This document shows positions 11,025-20,768 of a DNA stretch of 64,000 nt, one piece after another. A model generated the notes under the pieces. It searched no databases. It was not told the DNA's origin and saw nothing but the letters and a program-made list of their open reading frames with translations. Position 1 is the stretch's first letter, and each line of letters starts with the position of its first letter. A program made the translations under genes and the position numbers. This DNA comes from an uncultured candidate division Zixibacteria bacterium (GTDB lineage Bacteria > Zixibacteria > MSB-5A5 > UBA10806 > 4484-95): contig CAXXKA010000001.1 in assembly GCA_963668625.2 (NCBI GenBank), positions 544,001 to 608,000 on the forward strand. The letters run 5' to 3'.

Positions 11025-12227
11025 ATGAGTCTCGATTCTAAGCTAAATATATATCTCAATCGTTCATCCACTAAAAAGAGCAAATCCAATGCGGTTAAAC
11101 TCCAACCGCCGCGCATGGGCTATATCAGGAGTACGAGCCTGGGCGATATCTGGGTGGTCGATTGGGAGTACGAACGAGGATATCTTCACGGAAAAACCGA
11201 ACTCGAATATGTCGAAAATATCCATGAGTTCATAGATCCCAAACTCACCCGATTCAATCCGGCTATGGCTACGGTTTTAGACACCGAAACCACCGGGCTT
11301 GCGGGGGGAACGGGTACCTATGCTTTTATCATGGGCGCGGGATTCTGGCGGGATGATAAGTTCATCGTTCGCCAGTATATGATGCGTGATTTCAACGAGG
11401 AACCTGCCCAGCTAACGGCCCTTACCGAGGATTTCACCGGCAGCGTTATCACCTATAACGGCAAATGTTTCGATATACCCCTTCTCACGAACCGTTTCCG
11501 TTTGCACCGTTTCGATTCGCCTTTCGAAAAGGCCGACCATCTCGATATGCTTTTCCCCTCGAGGAGAATCTGGAAACATCGTTTGCCGGGTTTCAAACTT
11601 ACGGCAATGGAGTGTAACGTTCTGGGGTATGCCCGGGATGGCGATATTCCCTCGCATCTGATACCCTCGATATTTTTCGACTACCTTCAATCACATAATG
11701 AGGAATTGCTCTACCCGATACTTCACCATAATCGGGATGATATCTTAAGCCTGTATATGCTTGCCTGTATCGCCTCGAAAACTGTCAGCGACTGTTTCGA
11801 GATCGGTTCAAATGATGATGCGGTATTATTATCCCTGGCCGAGGCTTACTTCAATCAGGGTAACTACGAGTCGGCTATTGGCCTGATAGATAAAATTAAA
11901 TTCGAATTTGCCTCCAAAGATATCGCTAAACAGGCCTCGAGAATAAAAGCGTTATCGTATAAAAAAACAGGCGACTGGGAACGCGCTGCGCAGGCTTTTT
12001 CCGGGATGAACGATATAGAGCCGGAGATTTTCTCGGCCATAGAGTTAGCCAAATTGTACGAACACAAAATGAAAGATCCCGTGCGGGCGCTGGAGATCGT
12101 GAAACAGGCTGAATCGCTGTTGGAATTACTCGATTACATGGGGATTGACACCGCGAAAACGCGGCAAGAATTAGATCATAGAAAAAACAGACTACGTAGT
12201 AAAGTAAGCCGCCTGTTACATATTTAA
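11025..12227 (+). CDS. YprB/MrfB-like RNase H-fold exonuclease with C-terminal TPRs
   Basis: LDTETTGLAGGTGT, TYNGKCFD, HNRDD motifs; C-terminal IELAKLYEH TPR segment. Confidence 0.85.
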   Translation: MSLDSKLNIYLNRSSTKKSKSNAVKLQPPRMGYIRSTSLGDIWVVDWEYERGYLHGKTELEYVENIHEFIDPKLTRFNPAMATVLDTETTGLAGGTGTYAFIMGAGFWRDDKFIVRQYMMRDFNEEPAQLTALTEDFTGSVITYNGKCFDIPLLTNRFRLHRFDSPFEKADHLDMLFPSRRIWKHRLPGFKLTAMECNVLGYARDGDIPSHLIPSIFFDYLQSHNEELLYPILHHNRDDILSLYMLACIASKTVSDCFEIGSNDDAVLLSLAEAYFNQGNYESAIGLIDKIKFEFASKDIAKQASRIKALSYKKTGDWERAAQAFSGMNDIEPEIFSAIELAKLYEHKMKDPVRALEIVKQAESLLELLDYMGIDTAKTRQELDHRKNRLRSKVSRLLHI

Positions 12228-12312
12228 CCGATATAATATTTTTTTTTGTTAATCATATAATTCATATATTGAATGAATCTCTGAAGCCGATAAAACTAGT
12301 GGGTATCAAATT

Positions 12313-13596
12313 ATGGTTAAACTACAGACTAAGATAAGTAAATTTGTCCAAATTCATACGATTCCTAATGTAATCGTTGCGTTACTGGAAGAGCTGGAAA
12401 GTGAAAATTCCAATTCAGCCTCAATCGCCAGGATAATCAAAAACGATATCTCCTTAACGGCTAAGCTGTTAAGGGTGGCCAATTCACCTTTCTATCGCCG
12501 CCAGTCTGATATTTCTTCAATCGACCAGGCGGTTACTAATCTGGGTTTGAAAGCAGTCAAGGCTCTTGCGCTTTCAGTATCTATGTTTGAAATAACGCAG
12601 GGACAGGAGTCGGATATAATCAATCTGGCCGATTTTTGGCATCATAATCTTGAGGTCTCGGTAATCGCCCGCGGTTTTGCCGAAAAAATCGGCGGTATTC
12701 AGCCTGAGGAGGCATTTATCTGTGGGATGCTTCATGACCTTGGTATTCTGTTTTTTGTCCAGGAATTCCAGGAGGAATACTCACAGGTTTTAAGATTGTA
12801 CAAATCGGGACGGACTTACGAGGAGGCTGAGATCGAGGTAATCGGTATGAGCCATTCCGAGGCTGGCGCCCGAATCGCTGCCGCCTGGAGATTACCGCAG
12901 TTAATTCAGGAAAGCATAGCAAACCATCATAGAAAAGATAATCCGATTAATCCCGATGAAAAGACAGAGATATGGCAGATTATCAATCTGGCTCATCGCT
13001 ATTGCCGCACCGGTCTGGATATCGAACCGAAAGTCTCAGCCGAGGCAATCGAAAACCGTCATGATTGTGCCACGGCAGCAGGACTTAACACGGAGACCAC
13101 CTGCCAGGTACTGGCCATGGTGCCGGAGATGATAATCGAGTCGGCGTCATTCCTCGATGTTGATATTGGCGATCCGATCGAGATTTTAAAGAAAGCCAAC
13201 GAGCAACTCGGCAGGGTTTACGAGGAATACGAGGAAGCCATTGTCGAGAACGAGTATTTGCAAGCGAAAATTTTAGAGCAGGAAAGACATCGTGTAGCCC
13301 TGGAATCTCTGCGCACGACTCTGGCTACGTTCTCTCATTATGTCAACAACGCCACCGCCGCGATTATCGGCAGGGCGCAAATACTGGATCTGTACCTCGG
13401 GCAGGGTAAGCTGGAGGATCCAGACGGAAAGATCAGTCACTCGATAAAGATAATCTCCGAATCGGTAGATACCATATGCGCGGTACTGGATGAGTTGAAA
13501 GAGTTCCCCGAGTTCAAGACCGTTGCTTATCACGGTTCCTCTCGTATTCTCGATATTGACAAAAATATAAAAGCCAGACTTGGTCGCCTGGCTTAG
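12313..13596 (+). CDS. HDOD-domain protein with C-terminal HisKA-like (DHp) segment and no HATPase domain
   Basis: LLRVANSPFY, GMLHDLG, H.E.G....W.LP; then SHYVNNA H-box and a short tail. Confidence 0.8.
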   Translation: MVKLQTKISKFVQIHTIPNVIVALLEELESENSNSASIARIIKNDISLTAKLLRVANSPFYRRQSDISSIDQAVTNLGLKAVKALALSVSMFEITQGQESDIINLADFWHHNLEVSVIARGFAEKIGGIQPEEAFICGMLHDLGILFFVQEFQEEYSQVLRLYKSGRTYEEAEIEVIGMSHSEAGARIAAAWRLPQLIQESIANHHRKDNPINPDEKTEIWQIINLAHRYCRTGLDIEPKVSAEAIENRHDCATAAGLNTETTCQVLAMVPEMIIESASFLDVDIGDPIEILKKANEQLGRVYEEYEEAIVENEYLQAKILEQERHRVALESLRTTLATFSHYVNNATAAIIGRAQILDLYLGQGKLEDPDGKISHSIKIISESVDTICAVLDELKEFPEFKTVAYHGSSRILDIDKNIKARLGRLA

Positions 13597-13641
13597 AATT
13601 TCCTGGGGATTCACTCCCACATTTTAATCAGCTTAAGTTTT

Positions 13642-14910
13642 CTAGAAAACCACTACTCCCAAATTCTCATTTTCATCGTCATCGTAGATATACTGTGTAT
13701 CTATAGTAGTGGAATCCGATGAGGGCCAGGTGTTACCCTGCGCGCTGATCGTGTTTGGGGATAAATTGTAAAAACACCATGTTGTCAGAGCGGAGAAGTC
13801 GTTGTCACCGCCGCTAACTCCCTCTAAATCAGCGTTGCCGCTATTTAATACGCCTATGGAATCGATATTCGCGAAAGTTGTACCGAGTAAAAATCCGAAA
13901 CTACCCTCACTAATAAAAACGCCGATATTCGCACCATCGATGGATACCGAGTTGAGATCAAGTGTGCTGGTAATAGGATCGATCAGGTTTATGGCGATCG
14001 AATCTATATCGGTAAACCTCGTGCCGGTCAGTATCGCTTTATCACCGGGTTCATCCACAACGAATCCGTAAACACAGTTCCGGACATTGACACCCGTGAA
14101 TTTAATGTTAGTAGATTGGCCGGATTTGATTGCCGCCGTATGAACGTTTTCGATTACGATATTCTGGGTTTTCAGAGTATCGATACCGTCCGTATAATCG
14201 GGATTCTCCGGGTCACCGAATTGTACTCCGATTCCCTGCTTGTTCAATCCTCTAATGGTGAGATTCTCGATATATGAATTTTCATACCTGAACCTGAAAG
14301 CAGCTTGATTGGATGGGGGTTGAACGATTGTCTGGCTGGTATCCGCACCCTTAACTCCGACCTCATCCCTGGGAATCAGCGGGAATGTTTCGCCATCGTT
14401 ATAAGTACCGGCGGCAACCCTGACAATTTGTCCCTGAATCGCTTTTGCCAGACCTTGTGTGATGGTTCTGTAAGGATGAGCTATCGTGCCTTTTCCGGTG
14501 GCGTCATCACTGGCCGAATCGACATACACTAAATACCGATCGCGGATAGTCAAGTTGATCGAATCGCTTTTAGTAGTGTCAACCTGGCTTACGGCCTTGA
14601 GCCAAATATCATCTATGGTAACCGAATTTTGCTCGTTCAGATAAACCGAGTTCGAATCTATAGTGCCGAGAGTATCGTTGCCGTTTTCAATACCATTTAT
14701 ATACCATTTCACGGTCGTGTCGGTAGTAACATACACATGGAACGTTAATTGATAGGGTTCATTGTAAAATACCGTAGCAGTATCATTAACAATAAATACG
14801 AACAATTCTTCTTCGACTTGTACGATGTCATCATCGCCACAACCCATGATAACGAATATACTTAGAAGAATAGCTAAGAAAACTGCCTTTTTCATTTTAT
14901 TTCCTTTCAT
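13642..14910 (-). CDS. Lipoprotein with DUF1565-like / right-handed beta-helix domain
   Basis: Lipobox IMGC; YVD...G.GT...PYRTITQGL...VRVAAGTY; true start may be the ATG at 14895. Confidence 0.75.
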   Translation of the reverse strand: MKGNKMKKAVFLAILLSIFVIMGCGDDDIVQVEEELFVFIVNDTATVFYNEPYQLTFHVYVTTDTTVKWYINGIENGNDTLGTIDSNSVYLNEQNSVTIDDIWLKAVSQVDTTKSDSINLTIRDRYLVYVDSASDDATGKGTIAHPYRTITQGLAKAIQGQIVRVAAGTYNDGETFPLIPRDEVGVKGADTSQTIVQPPSNQAAFRFRYENSYIENLTIRGLNKQGIGVQFGDPENPDYTDGIDTLKTQNIVIENVHTAAIKSGQSTNIKFTGVNVRNCVYGFVVDEPGDKAILTGTRFTDIDSIAINLIDPITSTLDLNSVSIDGANIGVFISEGSFGFLLGTTFANIDSIGVLNSGNADLEGVSGGDNDFSALTTWCFYNLSPNTISAQGNTWPSSDSTTIDTQYIYDDDENENLGVVVF

Positions 14911-14991
14911 TCTCTAAATTCTATATTAAACTCTCGGCCAATATAGTATTTAGTTTATACAAAATCAAAGTAAAAAGGTTTCTTAAGATTA

Positions 14992-15561
14992 TCAGTTGTT
15001 CTCGTTTGCCTCTATCGCCTCGATCTGACTTTTAATGAATTTCGCCTGCTTCGATTCGGGCTCGATCTCGATAAATTTCCTCCAGGCCGCGATAGCCTCC
15101 ACCGGTTCATTCATACCGGCCATCAGGATGAAACCTTTATTGAACCAGGCCTGGCCCAAATTGGGTTCGAGGTTTATTGCCTTTTCCAAATACTCCAGCG
15201 CTTTCTCACTGTTTCCCTCACGAAAATGCATAACCGCACAATCGGTTAATATATCGGCCTGATCCGGTTCGATTTCCAGCGCTTTCTCATAATAAACTAT
15301 CGCCGAATCGGATTGGTTCAAATCGTAATTCAAATTTGCTATCTTGATGATTGTCTGAAGATTTTCGGGATCTTCGTCAAGCGCCGCTTTAAACGAGGCT
15401 AACTCCTCCTGCATCTTGTCCGATCCATCATCCTCCATAGCCATATTAGAGCCATGCGGCATCACCGTATTATCTTTTCCATTCATATAGAAGAATACGG
15501 CAATGGCGGCTATAAGAAAAAAAATAGAAAACTGTATCAACTTACGGTACGATTCACTCAT
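14992..15561 (-). CDS. Membrane-anchored TPR protein
   Basis: N-terminal TM; three YYEKAL.IEP / YLEKAI.LEP-like TPR units. Confidence 0.8.
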   Translation of the reverse strand: MSESYRKLIQFSIFFLIAAIAVFFYMNGKDNTVMPHGSNMAMEDDGSDKMQEELASFKAALDEDPENLQTIIKIANLNYDLNQSDSAIVYYEKALEIEPDQADILTDCAVMHFREGNSEKALEYLEKAINLEPNLGQAWFNKGFILMAGMNEPVEAIAAWRKFIEIEPESKQAKFIKSQIEAIEANENN

Positions 15562-15811
15562 TAGCTAATTCCTTCAGTTTATGACCTTTAAACAAGAATA
15601 AACCCCTTACTATCCTTAAAATGTTTCAATAAAATATCAATCTTAGTAATCATAATTATCCGCTGTTTGTCAAACTCTATTTATCATGGGGCTTGCTTTA
15701 TGTCCTCTACGAGGTTATTTTCAAAATGCTATAGCCAATAATTATAGTTCGGATTGTTATTAATAAAACCGGGCAAACCACGATGACGGTGATAACGGAT
15801 AGGGGAGATAG

Positions 15812-16714
15812 CTGGTTAAAACTGGAAAAGTAATCGCTGCTTTTGGCAAGCATATAAAGATATTTCATGAGGGCCGGGAGTATGACGGCCTCCTCAGAGG
15901 GAAACTTCTTAAAGAGAAACTCGATAGCTCCCCGGTGGCAGTCGGCGATAATGTCGAGATATCCATAGACAGCGATGGACAAGCGATAATCGAAACCGTT
16001 CTCCCGCGCAAACAATATCTATCACGCCCCGATAAAATAACACCCGAAAGGCGTCAGGTAATAGCAACCAACCTCGATCAACTGGTGGTGGTGACCTCGG
16101 CCAGCCAACCGCAATTCAAATCGGGCCTCATCGACCGTTTCCTGGTCAGCGCCGAGCGCGAGAATTTGCCGGCGGCAGTGGTCATAAATAAAATAGATTT
16201 GAAAGAGCCGATATATTTCACAGACTACGTCGAATCGTGGCGCAAGGCAGGCTATACCGTACTGTTTACCTCCGCCAAAAAACGTTTGGGTTTGGATGAG
16301 TTCAAAAAGCTTCTCGAAAAGAAATCCTCGGTATTAACCGGCCATTCTGGAGTAGGTAAATCCACGTTGATCAATTCGATTCAACCTCAACTTGATCTGA
16401 AAACCAAAGATGTTTCACGATTCACGGGCAAGGGAGTACATACCACCACCGCGGTGATTATGTATCCCCTGGATGTCGAAGGCTGGATCGTCGATACCCC
16501 GGGATTGAAAATTTTCAGTTTAACCGATATAGAAAAAAACGAAATGGCCGATTACTTCCCCGAAATAAGGGAACTCGCGCCGGGCTGTCGTTTTGATGAT
16601 TGCAATCATATCAGCGAACCCAATTGCGCGGTTAAACAAGCAGTCGGCGAGGGCAGGCTGTTCGAGGGGCGTTATGCAAGTTATAAAAAACTTTGGGAAC
16701 AGTTAGCTAAGTGA
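15812..16714 (+). CDS. rsgA: Ribosome small subunit-dependent GTPase A; probable CTG start
   Basis: NKID, GHSGVGKS, HTTT, DTPG, CRFDDCNH..EPNC; frame stays open upstream of the GTG at 15935 to CTG at 15812, behind SD AGGGGAG. Confidence 0.92.
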   Translation: MVKTGKVIAAFGKHIKIFHEGREYDGLLRGKLLKEKLDSSPVAVGDNVEISIDSDGQAIIETVLPRKQYLSRPDKITPERRQVIATNLDQLVVVTSASQPQFKSGLIDRFLVSAERENLPAAVVINKIDLKEPIYFTDYVESWRKAGYTVLFTSAKKRLGLDEFKKLLEKKSSVLTGHSGVGKSTLINSIQPQLDLKTKDVSRFTGKGVHTTTAVIMYPLDVEGWIVDTPGLKIFSLTDIEKNEMADYFPEIRELAPGCRFDDCNHISEPNCAVKQAVGEGRLFEGRYASYKKLWEQLAK

Positions 16715-16913
16715 TAAAAAAGCAATACAATAAAGTAAAAATACAATTAAATAAAAACCGTACTTTTGGTTGCGAAAAACATGCATTTTCTAATAGGTTT
16801 TGTATCAAGGGGTTATATTTATTGCTGTTGAAAATCAAATGATGTGATGTAACTATAAGTATATCAATATGTTAAGTGATATGAAAAAATAGAGACGCAG
16901 TGTCAGAAAAGAC

Positions 16914-16942
16914 TTGACGGCCTATGCGCAAATTATTATCTT
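16914..16942 (+). promoter_or_regulatory. Sigma-70-type promoter of the rpsU operon
   Basis: TTGACG-N17-TATCTT downstream of an AT-rich tract. Confidence 0.6.
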
Positions 16943-17023
16943 GCCAAAGGTTAAGAGAATTTACATGATAATTTTTGAGGTTTTAATTTGATAAATTTGT
17001 CTGCGGAAAGGGGGGTTGAATGA

Positions 17024-17206
17024 ATGACAGGCGTCCAGGTACGTGAAACCGAGGCTTTTGAGAAAGCGTTAAGACGGTTTACGAAAACCTGCGAGAAGGC
17101 CGGAATCTTATCTGATATTAAAAAACATCAGCACTTTGAGAAACCGTCCGACCGCAGAAAACGTAAGCTAAACGCTTCTCGTCGTAAGCAAAGGAAAAGA
17201 AACTAA
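17024..17206 (+). CDS. rpsU: 30S ribosomal protein S21
   Basis: FEKALRRF...AGIL....HFEKPS..RKRK. Confidence 0.95.
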   Translation: MTGVQVRETEAFEKALRRFTKTCEKAGILSDIKKHQHFEKPSDRRKRKLNASRRKQRKRN

Positions 17207-17227
17207 TTAGAGATTGGCGATTTGTTT

Positions 17228-17674
17228 ATGGGACTAGCCGAAACTATTACCAACGATATAAAGACCGCCATGAAAAGTGGTGATAAGGTTACCCTTAATG
17301 TCTTAAGGATGCTCAAGTCCGATTTCAAATACAAGGAGATCGAATTGGGCAGGGAGATGACAGAGGATGATTTTATGGCTGTCGTGAATAGTTCCGCTAA
17401 GAAGCGCCGTGACGCTATGGTCGAATACGAACGTGGTGGTCGGGCTGATTTGGTCGCCAAGGAAAAAGCCGAGCTGGATGTTCTGGTCAAGTACCTTCCG
17501 CAGCAGCTTTCCGAGAAGGAATTAGAGCAGATTATTGAAGAGGCAATCGCCGAGTGCGGTGCCTCTACGCCGGCAGAAATCGGTAAGGTTATGAAAACCG
17601 TAATGCCCAGAGTTAAAGGGCGCGCCGATGGCCGTGTGATAAACGAGCTTGTCTCGAGTAAACTGAATAAATAA
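17228..17674 (+). CDS. yqeY: GatB/YqeY domain protein
   Basis: AMKSGDK..L..LR, YLPQQLS, GKVM..VM...KGRADG; canonical position after rpsU. Confidence 0.9.
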   Translation: MGLAETITNDIKTAMKSGDKVTLNVLRMLKSDFKYKEIELGREMTEDDFMAVVNSSAKKRRDAMVEYERGGRADLVAKEKAELDVLVKYLPQQLSEKELEQIIEEAIAECGASTPAEIGKVMKTVMPRVKGRADGRVINELVSSKLNK

Positions 17675-17693
17675 TATACCAGTTGGAGGGGGT

Positions 17694-18377
17694 ATGAATT
17701 GGGTCGATTTCTTTATTGGCGTTGTACTAGTTCTCACTGTATTTGTCGGCTATAAGAGAGGTTTATTCCGGGAGCTAACCACGTTCGCGGGTTTGGTAAT
17801 CGCCGTTATAGTCTCGATAAATTACGCCGACTGGCTTGCTTTTCAGATGGAAAGCGCTATCAAGATCGCGCCGACTTTGCGTTACGTGTTGGCCGTGGTA
17901 GTGTGTTTCATCGGATGCATGCTTATTTTCAAACTAATCGGTTACTATTTCTACAAGATGGTGAAATTAAGCCCGCTGAAATTTCCCGACAAAATAGGCG
18001 GAGCTGTATTTGGCGCGTTCAAGGGAAGCGTTATTCTTTCGCTGGTCTTTCTGATGTTCATTTTCTTTCCGGTATTTCAATCGTTTAACCAGCTTATAGA
18101 TGAGTCGATTTTAGCGCCGTACGTTCGCCAGGTGGTGCCGATGACATTCGATTACACCGATTATTTCCATCCGGAAAGCGGTGAATTCATGGACAAGGTC
18201 ATGTCGGGGGTGCTGGGTTCGCAGATTACCGAGTATTCGAAAAAACCCGAGTCTCTTCTGGACGAGGAAAAAGCGCTCGGCTTTACACTGGAAGACCTTC
18301 GTGTTTTAAACAACATCGATAAATACTTTGGCGAGGAAGTCGAAGTCGCCACCAACGGGGCAAAAGATCTTAAATAA
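17694..18377 (+). CDS. cvpA: CvpA-family membrane protein
   Basis: MNWVD...GYKRGLFRE; DKIGGAVFG..KG; adjacent to mutS2. Confidence 0.85.
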   Translation: MNWVDFFIGVVLVLTVFVGYKRGLFRELTTFAGLVIAVIVSINYADWLAFQMESAIKIAPTLRYVLAVVVCFIGCMLIFKLIGYYFYKMVKLSPLKFPDKIGGAVFGAFKGSVILSLVFLMFIFFPVFQSFNQLIDESILAPYVRQVVPMTFDYTDYFHPESGEFMDKVMSGVLGSQITEYSKKPESLLDEEKALGFTLEDLRVLNNIDKYFGEEVEVATNGAKDLK

Positions 18378-18416
18378 TTTTCGTAAGGAGGGAAAGCTTT
18401 ACAGCCCGCTTGATGT

Positions 18417-20768
18417 ATGAATCCTCATACTATTAATGTACTGGAGTTCAACCGAATAGTTGAAATACTTCACGACCTCTGTTGGAGTATACCGGCCAAA
18501 CGAACAACAATTCTACCCTCGACTGATCCGGCACGAATCGATAACTCGCTAGAGTGCCTGGCTGAGCTGGTAGAGATATATCAAGCAGAAGGCGGATTAC
18601 CGAGCTTGCAGTTCGGCGATATCGATATGATGCTCGAAAAAAGCGCCGCCGAGGGCAGCGTGCTCGAACCATCCGAGCTGGCTGAAATAGCTGATCTTTA
18701 TATCATAATAAAAAGCTTCGTAGAACTTGATAAGCGATACGAAAACTTAAAAAAATTAATTACACGGCTTGATTACGATGAGGAATTAACCAGGGAAATC
18801 GAAAAAACCGTGCAGAAACCTAATGAAATAAAGGATAGCGCCTCGCCCGAGCTGCGGGATATACGCCGCCGTTTACGTAAAACGCGAGACTCGCTGGAGG
18901 CGAAATATAATTCATATCTGGATTCCGATTATTCGAAATACCTTTCCGATAAAGTCGTGACCATGCGCGAGGGACGGTTCGTTCTGCCCGTAAGGGAGGG
19001 CGATAAAGGTAAGATCAAAGGTGTAGTACATGATCGCTCGTCCAGCGGTGTTACCTTCTTCGTCGAGCCGTTCGAAACAGTCGAATTGAATAACTCCTAT
19101 CGCGAGCTTCTGTCCGCCGAGAAACAGGAGATATTCAGGATACTTCGACATTTGACCGACAGAATACTGGCTAAAATAAATGATATCAAACAAAGTATTC
19201 AGGTTCTCGTGCAACTCGATATACTCTCTGCTAAAGCTCGTTTCGCTATAAAGCTGAAATGCCACCGGCCGGAATTCGGAAAAGATGGCGTTATTGATAT
19301 TAGAAACGGCTATCATCCGTTGTTGCGTTGGCGTGATAAAGAAAATGGAACCAACGCCACCGTACCGCTCACTATCGAACTGGCAAAAGACTTCAGCACG
19401 TTAATAATCACGGGCCCCAACACCGGCGGCAAAACCGTTACCCTGAAAACGGTCGGCTTGCTTTGTATGATGGCGCAAACGGGGATGTTCGTGCCGGTTG
19501 ACGAGGGGACATCGCTAAAAATATTCAGTGATATCTACGCCGATATCGGTGATGAGCAATCGCTGGAGGCCTCGCTTTCGACATTTTCCGCGCATCTTGC
19601 TAATATCAAGCGCGCGCTGGAAAACGCCACCGATGATTGCCTGGTACTTCTGGATGAAATAGGCGCCGGCACCGATCCCGACGAGGGCTCGGCGCTTGGA
19701 CAGGCGATTATCGAGAGTCTCGCCAACCGCAAAGTGCCGTCTATTATAACGACACATCACGGCAAGCTGAAAACGCTGGCAGTCAACAATGAAAATATAG
19801 AAAACGGTTCGCTCGATTTCGATACGCTGAAAATGCAGCCAACCTATAAATTCAGGATGGGCATACCGGGGTTGTCTTATGCTATCGAAACAGCACGCAA
19901 GCTGGGCATAAGCGATACGATAACCGACAGGGCCGAATCGTTGATCGACCGCTCCGAACGTAAGCTGGCGGCTATTATAAGCGAGCTGACAGAGAAACTT
20001 CAGCAGGCCGAGGAAAAACTCAATAAAGCCGAAAGCAGCCGGTTATCTTACGATTCGCTCGTGCAAATTTACACCGGCAAGCTCGAGGAGTTCGAAAAAG
20101 AGAAGAAAAAATTAAAGAAAGAATCTCTCGAGGAAAGCCGGAGAATGATCCGCGAGGCTAAAAAAGAGATCGACAGCCTGATCGATCAGGCCAAGCATTC
20201 GGATAAAAAAATCGAAGCTCTACGAGATGTGAGACATAAATCGGATGAAAGATTGCATGAGATAAACCAGCAGGTTAAAAGTATCGAGCCGCCGATTAGC
20301 GAGCCCCGGGCGAACGGTGTCGTTGGCGAGCAAGTTTACCTGCCGGAGATGCAAGCTCGGGGAGAAATAGTATCGAAACCGGATTCGAGCGGTCGGGTAA
20401 AAGTTAAAGTCGGTAATGTCATGCTGGTGACCGATCTCGATAAGCTCTATAAAACCGAGCAAACATCAAAAACGAGGGAACCAAGACCGGTGCCCGGTGC
20501 GTATATCGATAACACGCCCAATCTCGAGGTGGATTTGCGCGGGATGACTTTCGATGAAGCTCAGCCGGTGCTCGACAAGTACCTCGATGATGTTTACCTG
20601 GTTGGGATGAGCCAGGTCAGGGTAATACACGGCAAAGGTACCGGGGCTTTAAAAGCCAAAGTACACGATCATCTGAAAAAACATAAGAGAGTCAAATCGT
20701 ACCGCCTTGGATACTGGAACGAAGGTTCATACGGCGTGACTGTTGTCGAGATAAAGAGGGATAAGTGA
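18417..20768 (+). CDS. mutS2: MutS2 (ribosome collision factor / endonuclease) with Smr domain
   Basis: ITGPNTGGKT, DIGDEQS...SLSTFS, LLDEIGAGTDP, C-terminal IHGKGTG. Confidence 0.95.
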   Translation: MNPHTINVLEFNRIVEILHDLCWSIPAKRTTILPSTDPARIDNSLECLAELVEIYQAEGGLPSLQFGDIDMMLEKSAAEGSVLEPSELAEIADLYIIIKSFVELDKRYENLKKLITRLDYDEELTREIEKTVQKPNEIKDSASPELRDIRRRLRKTRDSLEAKYNSYLDSDYSKYLSDKVVTMREGRFVLPVREGDKGKIKGVVHDRSSSGVTFFVEPFETVELNNSYRELLSAEKQEIFRILRHLTDRILAKINDIKQSIQVLVQLDILSAKARFAIKLKCHRPEFGKDGVIDIRNGYHPLLRWRDKENGTNATVPLTIELAKDFSTLIITGPNTGGKTVTLKTVGLLCMMAQTGMFVPVDEGTSLKIFSDIYADIGDEQSLEASLSTFSAHLANIKRALENATDDCLVLLDEIGAGTDPDEGSALGQAIIESLANRKVPSIITTHHGKLKTLAVNNENIENGSLDFDTLKMQPTYKFRMGIPGLSYAIETARKLGISDTITDRAESLIDRSERKLAAIISELTEKLQQAEEKLNKAESSRLSYDSLVQIYTGKLEEFEKEKKKLKKESLEESRRMIREAKKEIDSLIDQAKHSDKKIEALRDVRHKSDERLHEINQQVKSIEPPISEPRANGVVGEQVYLPEMQARGEIVSKPDSSGRVKVKVGNVMLVTDLDKLYKTEQTSKTREPRPVPGAYIDNTPNLEVDLRGMTFDEAQPVLDKYLDDVYLVGMSQVRVIHGKGTGALKAKVHDHLKKHKRVKSYRLGYWNEGSYGVTVVEIKRDK

